The translations under genes were made by a program, and so were the position numbers. A stretch of DNA of 50,690 nucleotides, filler included, from Ionaspis alba (Eukaryota), in NCBI GenBank assembly GCA_964255285.1. It is 2 parts of 2 records of this genome, joined end to end, with 100 filler letters (N's around TTAATTAATTAA, not from the genome) between each part and the next. Parts side by side here need not be neighbours in the genome. Positions count along the whole stretch, not along the records: positions 1 to 25,311 come from CAXUUL010000158.1; 1 more part is not named here. One strand, written 5' to 3'. Below, piece after piece: positions 1 through 13,279 of the stretch. The notes beneath the pieces are model-generated. The model was not told the DNA's origin. It saw only the letters and a list, made by a program, of their open reading frames with translations, and ran no database searches. The stretch's first letter is position 1. Every line of letters begins with the position of its first letter.

Positions 1-1443
1 CAACGACGTAAAGATAGGGACACATCAATATACAAATGTACCTGCCTTTTCGAAATCGATACCGGAGAGAGAAGTATCTTCTGCGAGGACTGTCTGACAT
101 GGCAACATGTTTCTTGTTACTACAAAGACGAAGAACCAGATGTTCATCGGTGCTGGGACTGCATGCCTGCCAGCGCTGCTTTGCGAGTGTTGGGAAATGA
201 TCACAAGCATCGACCTGAAGATCTAAAACTGGAGAAATTGGACCTCGAAGATTCCAGATTGGATACGTCTGCACAGGTAGATATGGATGTATTATCTTCT
301 GACTCAGATTACTCATTGATGCTCAGCAGCTTCAGAAGCTCCAACAAGAGGTTCAGACGCTTCGAGCGATTGACAGAAACAGATTTGCACTAGTTAAGAA
401 ATTGAAAACAGCCATCGATGACTCTAAAGAGTTGGCAAGTTTTACAACATATGGATCAAAGCCTGTAAAAAACCTGAATCTTGGTCCTGATGAGCGGGTA
501 GTCGCCCAAACCCTGTCAAATACTGAAGGTCAGGTTGGACGACTGGTGGTCACTCTACTCCAGAATGGTAAAGAAATCGATTTTTCTGTTATTGAAAGCC
601 TTCTTGCAGAAGAGTCTCCTCTCTCTGGTCTCTTGCAGCGAAGCTTTGGAACGCTGGCACCGATTAAGTTCCGAGAGCACATGAGAAAGCTCAAGGTCAC
701 TTCATTCTCATTGCTTGTCTTGCTACAAACACTCATTGCCGCGGCCATTCGAGATTGGGTATTCTACACGGACCTCCTCTCAGCACCCGAGAGACCGTTT
801 CCAGTCCTTGAAGTGCAAAGATCGTGTATTTGCAAGCAAGGTAAGCGAGTGTCAAATTGGTCTGGCCAGAATGGTCTAACATCAGATAGACGGATTCGAG
901 GCAATGAGGAACCTCCACATGGCGACATGGTCTTCCCTCACCAAAGACGACTGCCCCTTCTATACCAGATTTGTGTCCCAAGAAGCCAAAGCTCTGGCGC
1001 AAAGACTCACCAACACATTGGCGCCTCTTTTTGCCGCCGGGACCAAAGGCAAAGCTGTCCCAAAATTTGAACGCTGGGGTCAGCCGGTCAAAGACTGGAA
1101 AGAACGGTTCGTCCTGATCGAAGAAATCTTTAGCGGATGTCTGGCACTCCGAGCCAGATGTCCCTTGAAGCAATGCTACTTCGAGGCATACATGCCAGCT
1201 TCGGGAACGGCATTTGACTCAGCCACTATGGTAGTAGATGAGTCGCGAGCAAGAGAGGCTTCGCCCTCTGACAGCGTCCTTTTCTGCACCATGCCGGCAG
1301 TGATTACTTATCCTACCCGAGAATGGCAAAAGGCTGAGAGCGAGATCATCGCGATCAGCGGCTTTGGGGAGTTCATGGTCAGGAAGGATGGTGAGAGGGA
1401 CGATGGTACTGTCATGTCAAAGGCTTCAGTTATTCTGCAGTGA
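1..1443 (+). CDS. PHD-finger protein (5' end outside window): PHD finger, coiled coil and uncharacterised C-terminal domain; introns about 277-329 and 841-889
   Basis: Frame 1 from base 1 reads YKCTCLFEIDTGERSIFCEDCLTWQHVSCYYKDEEPDVHRCWDC (C4HC3 spacing with WQH, 37-162). The introns GTAGAT..CAG and GTAAGC..CTAAC..TAG join ORFs 163-393, 402-1070 and 904-1443 in frame. Confidence 0.8.
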
Positions 1444-1680
1444 CGTAAGTAGCTAGCTATATAGTGACCGTTGATCGCGGACATTAGCTCTGTATAACTG
1501 ATGTGGCATTCCATCTGTTATGAGCTAGATATCTGCAGTGAGATCACATGCCTCTCCTATTCTGCCAAGCTTTTGTAGAACCAACCAAGCGTCGCTCGTG
1601 AATGCATCATCACTGGTTGAACCCCTAACACACCATGTTATGCAACGCTAAATACTACCCGATCTATACCACAAAACATC

Positions 1681-3438
1681 TCAATCCAAAAATGTGAAAA
1701 GATTCGTGTGTAGAATATTGATCGCCCGGTCCGCATCTCTTTCTTCAATCACACACGAGATATTGACCTCACTCGCACCTGCATTCATCCGAGTCAACAA
1801 TGATTTCCCTCATAAGTACTACAGGCAAAGATGGGGGACATACCCTGAGAAATCATCTCTATATTCACATTATTGTCCCCCAGCGCCGAAAACATCTTCC
1901 CCGCAATCCCAACATTATTCTTCAACTGCTTACCCACCAGACTCAAGATCGCCATTCCGTCTATCAAATCCACAGTACCATACTGACCCAACTCGTCTAT
2001 AGCACCACGCAAGTCTTCGTCCACAACCTTCTTATCGTTTTCGCCTCCGCCACTGACAAGTGCTGACCCTGAGTGCAAGACCATGGAGACGTTGACCTGA
2101 GATGTAGAGATGAGATCTGTCGCCAGGCCCCATTTGCTGAGGGTGGAAAAGACGTTGGCGAAGAAGAAGCCGGAGGCGAAGGAGCGCTTGTTGGAGTGTA
2201 CGTTGAGAACTAGGATCTTGTGCTTGATAGTGACAGCGGTAGGACGCTTGGGTCTTTGATTCGGGGACAAGAGGCTGGCACTTCGGTTCCGGAAGAGCTT
2301 CCTCTCCTGGCCTACCATCGCTTTGACAGGGTTCGGAGTAATGACTGTTCCGTCGCTTCGGGGGTTCATGACGTTCTTGATACGGATGGGTATGCTGGCT
2401 TCGATGACTTGCTGCATGGTGAAGGGATGAATGACCTCGGAGCCATAGAAGGTCAATTCGGCAGCTTCATCCGGCGATATCGCCGGTAGCAATCGCGCTG
2501 TGGGAACTTTCCGAGGATCAGCGGTAAAGATACCATCCACTTCCTTCCATATCTGCAACTCTTCTGCTCTCACACCGACAGCTATGAGCGCGGCACAGAG
2601 GTCTGTGTATCCCCTTCCTATATTTTTCAGAAGGCCTCCTTGTATTGGTCCGAAATAGCCTGTCACAACCGGTACTCTATCTCCGCATGCCTCTATTTCC
2701 CTCTTAAATGCCAAGGCGACGTTGTTATAAAATTGTTGGTCGAGTCCAGTGCCAGACTTAAAGTCGATGACCTCGGAGAGATCGACGAATTGCGCATCCA
2801 CCCCTCGATCTTCCAGCAGAGCTGCCACGAAGCGACAGCTTAGGTTCTCGCCTTTACTGACCAGCCGGTCCAGTATACCAGGGCTTGTTTCTCCAACCGT
2901 CTGTACTGCCTCCAAGAACCGCATAAGACCCTCGCACTCCTTTGTAACGTCCGCGGACAATCGTTCCAGCAGCCTCGCCGACTTGATGTATTTGCTCGCG
3001 CATTGTATATGATCTTCTCGAATGCAATTGACAATGTGTATATAATTCTTTGGCTGAGCGAACTCTGCTTCGGCCGCAGCTTTGAGGAGCCTGGTCAGAA
3101 CCATCAGCTTTCCTCCAATCCATATTTTGGCATGTGACACACCTGTTTGTCGTACCCTCACTCTTTGTATTATTGCTCCTTGCAGAACAAACGACAGCAA
3201 TGCGATTTTCCTCGAGCCCGGGTCTGTAGTTGGCCGTTAGCAATGCCCGCAGGCTCAATGCGTCGGAAAGGAAGGTCTACTTCACAACGCCCTCCACAAT
3301 TCGGTCTGCGAATTTCCCCACGCTCGTTCCCCCAAACTTCTGCACCACCCATGGCTTCGCTGGATCATTTCTCAAGAAGCCAGCTCCCTCCACAGCTGGA
3401 AGGTCATAATCGCCATTGATCAACATTTCCGAGCCCAT
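1681..3438 (-). CDS. HOM3: Aspartate kinase with C-terminal ACT domains, multi-exon
   Basis: N-terminal WVVQKFGGTSVGKF (about 3310-3351), then VVCSARS, IGRGYTDLCAAL, WKEVDGIFTADPRKV and ELTFYGSEVIHPFTM. The last exon GASEVNISCVI...FTFLD* ends at 1681. Confidence 0.96.
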
Positions 3439-4067
3439 CACCCATGAGTACAGGTAGTGAGTTGAGCTGGCTCAACTGGGGGGAACAAGGCTGTTTTTGT
3501 TTGCTCCGTGTTTCGGAGAATTGGGGCGATTAGTCACATGCAATTGTTTTCTGCACGGAAAATCTTCAGGTACCGCCAATCAGGGTCCGATGACGTGCTA
3601 ACGGGGCGTCCTCCGCCGAGAAGTCTGGGGTATTTTTAGCGAGACCAGGTTACATAGCCCTAATGGAAAAGAACTTAGAAATGGATATTCCTGGATATCT
3701 TGGTACTGTTCAGGAGTGCAGTTACACATATTACGTGAGACGGTTGGTCCCCATATTAAAACATTTCTAGTACGGTAGTACAGTGGCTAGCTGACCCATT
3801 TTACACCGATTAAACTGTGCGACCACATTACACTCCTTGTTCGGGTATCTGTATCACAAAACGCCAATAGCGATGCCTGAAGCTCGCATAGTTCTTGTTC
3901 CCCATTCCTGATGCATGAGCCATGATCGTCCAATCCACCACCAGAGACTGCTCTCAATCGTCAACATGCTTTTTCCATCCAGGCACAATCCAGAAGTAAG
4001 AATCATCGTAGCTTCGTCCATCCCCACAAAATCCATAAGATACACGGCAGAATATCTCAGCTTCCCT

Positions 4068-5756
4068 TCAACGCCTGTAAACTTCCCTTTCCCTTTCACG
4101 AATGCGGTCCTTCGACATATGATGAGCTGGACTCCGACTCCGCCTCCTGCTCTGGTCATACGGATCCCTGTCACCATTCCTGCCTCTATCGGCCCTATCT
4201 GGTATCGATCTAACATTCTCACCTCCATTGCTATAGCTTGGGATGTAAGTATCAACCGAGGTAGCACCATGAGGAGGGGGTCCTCCTCGAGGAGGTCCGT
4301 GTCTCGCCCTCCTATCATTCGGACCCTCGCCGCCCCAATTTTGCCAGCCAGTATTACTGGGAGGCGGTCTTGGTGGTAGGCCGTGGCTCTGATTCCGGGT
4401 CCATGCTGGTGGAGCATCTCGCTGAGGAGGTGGCGGTGGTGCGGGAGCGGAGCCGCGATAGTGTATACGCTGATCGTGCCCTCGCGAATCGTAGTTATTC
4501 CGAGGAGGTCCGTAAGGTGGAGGACCTGGTGGACGTCCGCGTTGATGACCACCTGGACGTGGAGCGCCGTTGCCCCATAGACCGTCTGGACCCATTCCCA
4601 CGGTTCCACCGGCTGGAGCAGGTGGTAGAGCGCCTTGCTGGCTTCGAAACTTTCTCCTGTCGAGTTCATGCGATTCTTCGAACTTGGGTAGCTCACCTGG
4701 CTTCGCAGGTAGTGGATGATTCTTGAAATATGGATGTTGTAAAGCGTCTATCGCGTTGATTCGTTTTCGCCAATCCAGCTTTAGAAATTCGCCGAGTAGT
4801 GAGATGGCAGATGATCCTTGTTCCCTGAAGACCAGCGCGAGGGTGCTTTGCCGTGGTGGAAATGCTCGCACCCCTTCGCATCCTGGCAACGAGCTCCATC
4901 CGGGCATATTTTCTTCTGTTGGTGACCCGACGAGGTCGAAAATTGCGTGCGCTTGGTTGAGATCGCTAGTGCCGGCCAATATTGGTCGTCCCTTGAACAT
5001 TTCTCCAAAAACGCAGCCTACACCCCACATGTCGATCGCTGTTGTGTATCTACGTAGCTGGAGAAGGAGCTCGGGCGGTCGGTACCATCGTGTTACGACA
5101 AGAGTGGTGTAGTCTCGAGTAGCTTCTCCACCTCCTTTCCCGGGTTGTGGTGGAGGATCATCATACGGTCTGGCCAGACCGAAATCCGCTATTTGGAGAA
5201 TGCCGTGATTATTGATGAGAAGGTTGGCCGCTTTCATATCCCGATGGAGTATCTGTCGATCATGTAGATATCGGAGACCTTCAAGGAGTTGTAGCATATA
5301 ACACTTGATCTGTGGTTCCGTAATTCGGACCGCTGGATTTTCGAGAAGGCCAGAGAGATCATGGTCCATATATGGGGTGACCATATACATGATAGCCTTC
5401 TTCCGCCCTTCGCCTTTCCGGTATTCCACAGCCATCTCTTCCAGTTTCAATATGTTTGGATGTGAGAGCATTTTGAGGAGCTTGATTTCTCGCAGCGCCG
5501 TGATTGGAAATCCATCCTTCTCATTGTGCATGAGAATCTTCTTCAGGGCCACCAAGTGATTCTTTTTGACTGAACGAGCTTTGTGCACTTCTCCAAATGT
5601 ACCCTCTCCAAGCTTTCCTAGAAAATCATAGCTCTTGATGGTTGAGCAGCCTTCGAATCTAGGCGCTCCGTTGGCCTTTCTCTCCAAAGACTGTTTGGCG
5701 ATATGAACTCCATTGAACTGTGGTTGTTCGATTGGGTTCTGTGGAGTAAGAGACAT
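4068..5756 (-). CDS. BUR1: Cyclin-dependent kinase Bur1/Sgv1 (CDK9-like) with Pro/Arg-rich tail
   Basis: [15 protein letters not shown] cyclin-binding helix, [14 protein letters not shown] and [12 protein letters not shown]; single exon. Confidence 0.95.
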   Translation of the reverse strand: MSLTPQNPIEQPQFNGVHIAKQSLERKANGAPRFEGCSTIKSYDFLGKLGEGTFGEVHKARSVKKNHLVALKKILMHNEKDGFPITALREIKLLKMLSHPNILKLEEMAVEYRKGEGRKKAIMYMVTPYMDHDLSGLLENPAVRITEPQIKCYMLQLLEGLRYLHDRQILHRDMKAANLLINNHGILQIADFGLARPYDDPPPQPGKGGGEATRDYTTLVVTRWYRPPELLLQLRRYTTAIDMWGVGCVFGEMFKGRPILAGTSDLNQAHAIFDLVGSPTEENMPGWSSLPGCEGVRAFPPRQSTLALVFREQGSSAISLLGEFLKLDWRKRINAIDALQHPYFKNHPLPAKPGELPKFEESHELDRRKFRSQQGALPPAPAGGTVGMGPDGLWGNGAPRPGGHQRGRPPGPPPYGPPRNNYDSRGHDQRIHYRGSAPAPPPPPQRDAPPAWTRNQSHGLPPRPPPSNTGWQNWGGEGPNDRRARHGPPRGGPPPHGATSVDTYIPSYSNGGENVRSIPDRADRGRNGDRDPYDQSRRRSRSPAHHMSKDRIREREREVYRR

Positions 5757-6183
5757 GTTGCCGGTAGCTCTGTGACCGGAGAAGTGAAAGACCGTTCGGG
5801 GACTATCTGACGGTCATCAAGCTCAGAAAGTGAACGACGTGTGACTTTTGCACTCTTGCTCTTGACGGATGAGCACAAGCAGAGGAGCAAAGAGTAGGGC
5901 GCGTCATGCTGGAACAAGTCTATCAAGCTGCTAAAGACTTATGTCGACCCAACATTGACGATGGTCAACACAACTGTGAGCTCAGTATTCAGGTGCTTTC
6001 GAGTTGGCGGCAAACTTAGCGCCGGATAAATGGTTTCAGCATGATCCGGTCCTGCAAGCGCACCGGACTCTGACGCTTGCAGGAACAACCATGCTGCTCC
6101 AGCTCTTGATGTTCAATCTCAACAGCCAGGGACCAGTACTGCGGTAAACAATCCGAACCCACAAATCCCACAGACTGATCACG

Positions 6184-6472
6184 ATGGCGGGACCTGGTCC
6201 GGCTCATGGTGCCGGCGGCCACCCTATCCACGTACATCCTGTGAGCTCACCAATCGTTATCGTAGCCGTCCCGGTCCTGATGAACGATTCTGCTGTAGGT
6301 TCGTCCTTTATACCGATTCTCCGCCACGATACTTGGTGCATCAATGTGGTTCTTCGTAAGCCCAATACATCTCTTATAATGGTTATCTTTCTGACGTGTT
6401 GTGCAGCTGATGTACCGGGCGAAGAAGGACGGACCCGTGTTGCTAGGGTGGAAGCACCCATGGGACCATTGA
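6184..6472 (+). CDS. NDUFB2: Mitochondrial complex I accessory subunit, NDUFB2 (AGGG)-like, 59 aa; exons 6184-6240, 6299-6355, 6407-6472
   Basis: Splicing the GTGAGC..TAG and GTAAGC..CAG introns gives MAGPGPAHGAGGHPIHVHPVRPLYRFSATILGASMWFFLMYRAKKDGPVLLGWKHPWDH*, with the family motif MWFFLMYRAKxDGPxLLGWxHPW. Confidence 0.9.
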
Positions 6473-6688
6473 GGACTGCATGTGAAGGAAGAGAGAAATT
6501 TCAATCGATGAGCACATCCGCCAACCGCAATTGCTGTCATTGCGGCTTCATATATATTCCCTACGGCTGGACGGCGTCAGGGACATTGTACATATACAAA
6601 GGCAGCATAACTGCGGTGTCACGCATTGCTTTCATACAAAAATCACTTTCCGGTACAATCTATGCGGATTCGGTCGGTGCGTGCAAAT

Positions 6689-7873
6689 CTATGGCTTCTC
6701 AAAAAGATAATGTGAAACGCCCCAAGTGTCACCTCCCTCATAAGCAAAGAGCTCCGCGCAAGCCATGTAGAAGATCTGCCATCTGTAAAACCACATCGCA
6801 GTGTTCTTCGTGCCATACGTCTCTTCTAGATGTGGCCATATTTCCTTTTTGCTGGCATTCATCTTAGATAGCCAGTCCTGAGCCTCTGGATCAGCGAAAT
6901 TTCCGAGGGGCATTATAATGCTTTATACACACCTCACATGTCTGAGCATAATGCCTGCCATTAACCCACCACTGTTCTTGCAGCTTCAAGTCTTTTTGAA
7001 AGTAGTGCATAAGATCTGCACTCGGCATGGTCCCTCCTGTGAAGAAATGAGTACTCATCCAGCCATCATCGAAGTCATATGGCGTCGTTCTGTGCGCGAA
7101 GATGTGGAGGAACAATTTCCCTCCTGGCTTCAGTGACCTGGCCACTTTTGCCATGAGTAGCTCATAGTTCTTCATATGTTCAAACAGTTCAATTGACACC
7201 ACGCGATCAAAGCTCTCTGCCTCAAATTCGTAGTCCACGACATCGCCGGTAATGACTTGCAGATTACTCAGTCCCTTCAGACTCGCCTGACCGTCAATGT
7301 ACTCTTTCTGCGTCCTAGAATTGGAGAAAGCAGTTATTTTTGCGTTGGGGAAAATCTCTGCAAAATAAAGAGCACCGGAGCCCCATCCGCAGCTTCAAGT
7401 ACGAACAATAAGCATAATACAAAGTGAGGTAAAGATCGCCACATACCCGAGATCCAAAATCCGCATGCCGTCTTTCAATTCCGCCTTCTCTGCATATGTC
7501 TCTAGCATTGCGACCTCGGCTTGACCAAGAGTCTCCCTGCCAGTAGGATACAGGCAACAGCTGTACTTCATCCTCGGACCTAGGCAGGCTTTGAGCACGC
7601 CGGTGCCGACTTCATAGTGCTGCTCATTAGCGGCGGCAGTCTCAATAGCTATTGGTCTGGTACGTAGTGCTTTGACGTATTTCATCTTCGTCTCATACGC
7701 CTTCTCGAGTGATGTCGAATGAATGGTATTGATTCGATCGCGTAGCTGTCTTCGGATACCAATCCGTATAACGGCTTGGGGAAGATACCCCCCGTCAAGG
7801 ATCCAGTCTGAAGTTACTGTTAGTCTTTGAAATGTCTATAAGGCTTTTCATTCATGCTCAAACCATAATTCAT
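6689..7873 (-). CDS. SAM-dependent methyltransferase, cyclopropane-fatty-acid synthase / coclaurine N-methyltransferase family, multi-exon (start approximate)
   Basis: ANEQHYEV, LGPRMKYSCCLY, ILDLG(C)GWG, DRVVSIELFEHMKNY, FFTGGTMPS, W...FYMACAELF. Confidence 0.9.
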
Positions 7874-8026
7874 GTTATGTACGGAATATGTGTGGGGCTG
7901 AGTGGCAGGAAGATGTACAAAATAATGTAATATTAATTTAGGTAAATTAATACACTACGTCATCCATCGTGACCAGCAATATGTCTTGAGATCGATAGGT
8001 TTGATTCTGTTATACGAAAAAAAAAT

Positions 8027-11000
8027 CTACATGCGCATCTTCTCATGTAGAAGCTTATATTGCTTCCTTTTCTTGCGCCGATGTGGCCATATCCGATCAT
8101 GAGTCTTACCAATTACCCTTGCCAACCACAAGAACACCTTTCTCTCTGCTATCCACGAACATGCGAAGCCGCCGGCCACTAGAACGAGTATGAATATTTT
8201 GAACTTCAGTGAGAGATATGTAAGCTGCATGAACTGTGCGAGTCCGGCGCCAGGATCCAACAGCATATAGACAGAGAATAGAAGAGCTGCAACAATTGTA
8301 ACAACGAAAGGTACTAATGCTCGATTAGCATTCTGCTTCCCAAAGTCTCATGAGTTGAGAGACTCACGATTTTGAGCCATGGATCGCCTGAAAGGTGGTC
8401 CGATGCTCAATACAATGCCAGAGAGGATATACTGGAAGCACGAGATCAAGAATAGAGCCGTGTTCTGGGAGTTTTCGATGTTTGATTTCTCCGTGTTCAG
8501 CCTCGGAGGGATATACCTAAAAACCAAGAACATCAGTAGATGTCGACGGAAGAATCCTATGCCCGAACGTACCAGCTCTGTCGTTGTACTATCTCAAATC
8601 CGACGAGCTGTATCAAGATACATATGACTACCTGGCCTAAGAGAGGGGTGAGGACTTTTCGGGAGACCAGACTCGCTGTGGGTCTTTTTCGTGACAGAGT
8701 AGGATAGGCGCCTGTCCAGCCCACTGAAAGAAGGTCAGCATTGATACGGCTAGCGCGCTGAGGTCGGCTAACTGAAGATGGCTATAGGGAGAATTAAGAG
8801 CAAGTCTATGAATAGAAACTAGTCGAGTTAGTATTCAGTCCGTAACGACGAATTTCGATGACCCTACTTGAAAGTCTCCAAGATTTGACGCAGAAGCGTA
8901 CAAAAAGCTAACAGAAGTAAATTGTATAGCAGAGTACAGACTCATGTACTTGAAGCAGCAGAAGCTAGTGACCAATGCTGCTCTGCCCTCCCTGCTCTAT
9001 CGTCAGCATTGATATTAAGCACCGAAAACGATCTCTTACCGAATGACCTCAGGTACGCATGAGATATCAAAAACACGACTGGTGAAAGGTGCAGCAACAG
9101 AGGCTTCAGCCTCCGACAGCGAGATACCGACATCCGCAGCCTTGAGAGCTCCGCAGTCATTGGCACCGTCACCACAGAAACCGCAGCAGTAGTCGATGCT
9201 CTGGAACTTCTCGACGAGTTCATGTTTCTCGTCTGGGGACATCCGTGCGAAGACTTGACCACAGGCGAGCATCTACAGAACGATTAGCTAAAAGCCCTTG
9301 GAGTAAACATAACCACAGCCTACCCGTCGTAGCAGGTCTTCTGTCCCATATTCTATTATCCACCGGAAGACTTCGCCGCTTACAGCAAGAGAGTAATTCC
9401 TTAGGTTTGAAACATCGTAGGGAAGCGATGCGTCGCCCTCTGCAGGTGGAGGGAGCGGCTAATTCTTTTAGTCTGGGTTCGGACAAGGGAGGCGCCAACT
9501 TACTAGAAGAGTCTCTTCATTCAATGTGTAAATCGAGTTGTCCACACTTTCCCAGCTCAAGCGGGCCTTCGGGTCCTGGCCGTGGCCTGCCCAAAGTCAA
9601 TTGAGTCTCGTCCAGAACTAGACTGAGTATATTTACCTTCAGCGAAGTGAGGAACGAAGCAATGAGCCGTCCTGTCGATCAAGTGGCATTCCCTAGCAAC
9701 ACTGATTGCTGTAAGGATATTATCCCCTGTGCACATAACGTTGCGGATCGCAGCCTCATTCAGCTCGTCGATGACAGCGGTCGTGCTCAATTTCAACTTG
9801 TTCTCAAAAACGATGAAGCCGACGAAGTCAAGTTCTGACTCCGCTTCAGAGCGTTTCATTTTCTGTACCTTAACCCAACTGAGCTTCGGTATATGTTTGG
9901 TAGCAACCGCAATGACTCGGAATCCTCTATGAGTGTAGTAGTTCAGCAAGTCCTCGTAATCAACAGGAACTATCAAGAAAAGTTAGATTTACTACCCGCG
10001 AAGTGGTCTAAAGAATGGCACTAACAGCTTTCCGCATAGCAGATATCCTTCATACATTCTGGAGCACCTTTGACATATATGTCGCCATCAGGAGCTCCAT
10101 ATTGTCTCACCACGACACTAGCTCTGCGAAGCTGTGAAACAAAGTCGAAAGACTTGAGTACACCGAGCTCTATTGGCGAAATCTAAAATCGCATCAGGCA
10201 TGTACCTTTCCTTGGACAAGAGGTAACTAACGGTGGCTTCTCCCTCCCTGTTGTCAATGTCATATTCCATCCCTGCTGGCGGTTTGGCAATTGATGGGGA
10301 CAGCTTGTTCTGGTCTTCATCTTCTGCTATGCCTGTCTTCTGTCCCCCTTCTTCAAAGGACCACCCAGTGAAATCGAACATCTTGAAGTCCAGTGGATCT
10401 CCCACCAGCTGATCGCCTACAACACGCAGAGAATGACAGGTGGCCATGGTATGCAAAGCAGCTTTGTGAATCTCGTAGTCGACTGTAGGGTCGCGTTCGT
10501 AAGATGCGCCAGGAAGGACCGTAGATGCATCGGTCAGAATGTCGCTAAATCTCATTGCAGACCGGTTCACAATCCGCACACCAAGAACATCGAGACCATC
10601 CTCGGTCAAGGTACCGGTCTTATCGAAGCAGACGATATCTAGCTTGCCCCCTACATTCACCCTTTGTGGACTTATACAGAATATCTCCTTCTTCTTGAGG
10701 CGTGAAAGCGCAAAGTTGATACCAATAGAGAGTGTGGCCGGTAGCGCGGGTGGAACAACAATTGTGATTAGATCAAGAGCACGAATAATGATCAGGTGCC
10801 AGGCGAGATGAAGGCGAACGAAGTTGATGAAAGAGGCAATGAATCCTATGCCAGCAACACCAGCCATGACAGAGATATAGCGAAAAGAGTCCCGATAGAA
10901 TCTGAAACCTGATGGCTTCGGAAATAGCATCGAGCGTACCAGAGCCCCTTTGGTAGTATTGAAACCAGTTCGGACGACAAGAGCTAAGGCTACCGCTTCA

Positions 11001-12693
11001 TCGTCTTGGCCGTCCTGCGGACGCCTCGCTCTAATGATCTTTGTACCGCTGAACAAGAAATGCTTGGCAACATCCGGGTGTATGGAAGTGGCGCCCAGAT
11101 CTAGCAGCCGAATTGATTCATCTGTAGCCGGAATTTTTGAAACAGGGACTGACTCTCCGGTGAGCATACTCTCGTTGACGATACAATCTCCAGCCAGCAG
11201 GAGACTATCACATGGGAACTGGCCTAGCGACGGGTCAGAAACCTCGTAGACATCTCCCGGTACGAGTTCACTGCTAGGAACACTTCGCCAGAAGCCGCTG
11301 CGCAATACCCTGGCGTCGCATTCAAATCGCGAGATCTCACGAAGGCGCTTCATGGTCGCTCTAGTCTCCAGGAGTGTGGTCGTAATGCTGACGACAGAGA
11401 TGATGAAGATACAGCTTGCATAGTAAAAATACTGATCTAGAGACCAAAGAACGAGACTCGCGATCTGAAAGATATAAAAGGGATGGAAAGCTTCGTCCAC
11501 AAGAAGTTGTGGTATCGACTTCTGCTCTATGTCGATCAGATTCTTGCCAAATACTTGTTCCCGTTTGAGTCTTTCGTCGCTGTCTAAACCAACCCTAATG
11601 GACTTCGCATCTTTCCAGTCAGGATCCTTAAAATTACTGTTGAACATGAATCTGTCCTTGAGAGGATGAAAGACAAATCTTATGTAACGGTAGTCAAGGA
11701 AGCGGAGGCTGGGAATCACTGGATCTTCATCTTCGTCATAATCCAGGTATCTGCGCTTTTCTTGTGAGCCGAAAACTGTAGATACAGAGTGGCCGTAATT
11801 AATGACTGCTATGTTGTGGACAGTAAACTCTCGCCATTGGTTCTGGGAGAGTCAGAAAGTTCACTTAAGCTAGGCAGGAACTTACCTCAATAGCTACCCA
11901 CGAGCAGTTCTTCAGAGATCTTGGTGAACCTACTAAGCGGACACGCAGTCTTGGAAGCCAGCGGAACAGGAGGTAACCGAGTCCCAGGGTTGCTACACAT
12001 ATGAATAGATATATAGTGTACCCTACCCGACTCGTTGTGAATCCGGCAAAAACAACAGTCAAATCTTCCGTGACAATATAGATTTTCTGGATGGTTCTAC
12101 CATCATTGCTAAATCCACTTGCCTCGGTCTTGGAAGAGTCGTGCCGGTAGAGGAGAGGATCCTCCACAGACAACCTTGAGAATCCTGATGATTTACGCCT
12201 TTCCGGTGATGAAGGCCCAGAATTTATTGCCCCATCCACGTGGTCGGCATAGTCGTCGTCATCGCCGCTTTGGTCTTCAACAGCTTCATCGTCTGGCCAA
12301 TTGGAGGATTCCGAGGATTCCACAGTATCCTCGAGATAAGTAAAACTAGCAGTAGAGTCTGCTCTGGAGCGGCGGTGTGCAAAACCTGTCGTACTTGATG
12401 GTATGCTCTCCGACATGGCTCCTGCAAAGACCTGAACAAAGACTTCAGCCACGTGATCATGCATTTATCACAAGTTCAAGAAGATCATACCTCATCATGG
12501 GCCATTTCGACGTCTGAAACGAAGCTGGCTCTAGCAAAATTAGCGGTATCCTTAGGATATCGAGCGAGGTAACGAACGTGCTCATATTGGAATCTCGCCG
12601 ATACAAAGGGCCTCCAGCAGACACACGCTGGCCAGAGCTGGCCGACTCGCCATGCCTGAAACGCCCTGGAGGACGTGGACTAGACCCATTCAT
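8027..12693 (-). CDS. YPK9: P5B-type ATPase (Ypk9/ATP13A2-like), many short introns
   Basis: [13 protein letters not shown] (P5B signature), DKTGTLT phosphorylation site, KGAPE, TGDN and [11 protein letters not shown]. Confidence 0.95.
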
Positions 12694-13279
12694 CTTTATG
12701 GCCTGATTGACAGAAACCCTTGCCCGCCTTTCAGAATCTCATATGCTTCCTCACCACTGAGTATAGGGCTGGATAGCCCAGCCGGCTATCTTGCCCAGAA
12801 CCACATTATCTTGACCAACCTAGCAAGCTACAACCATCAAAGCATAATGACTGGTTCCCCAGTAGCCTGGGATAGATCAACAGTTCAGAGAGACAAGTTG
12901 CAACCGGCAATGTACGAAATCTTAGAACGGTAGTCGCGCGTCTGATAAGCGGGCCTAGAATATAAGTACTTGGTTTAATACGAAGCAAGTCAGGCACTAG
13001 AGAGATGTCGCTGTTCAGGCTAAGAATTTCCTGGGTGTATCCTTGAATGGACCGTAGCTATTAGCCGGTGTAAAGCGCCGAAGGCTATTAATGCTTATAC
13101 AATTTGTGCTCTGTGGTGCCATACATGCGTGGGCACTGGTAGGGTGCCGCCACGGGTGCTAGACAATTTTTCACCCAACGCCGCCATTTAAGGTTATCCA
13201 TCTCTCATCTTCTGCCACCACAACCCACCTTCTCTCCATTCCGGATCCAACCAAACATACCCCGTCAGTGCCCAACAAG

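Noticed and set aside
3530..3536. TTAGTCA (Gcn4/CpcA-like site) upstream of aspartate kinase; also TGACTCA at 17439-17445
   Set aside because: Biologically plausible for HOM3, but a 7-mer is expected by chance in 50 kb and there are no conservation data.
3854..5559. Overlapping alternative-frame and antisense ORFs across BUR1 (and similarly across MYO2, YPK9 and HET)
   Set aside because: Shadow ORFs of GC-rich coding sequence with no recognisable motifs.
6184..6867. 227-aa ORF
   Set aside because: It reads through the introns of the NDUFB2-like gene and overlaps the methyltransferase 3' end on the opposite strand.
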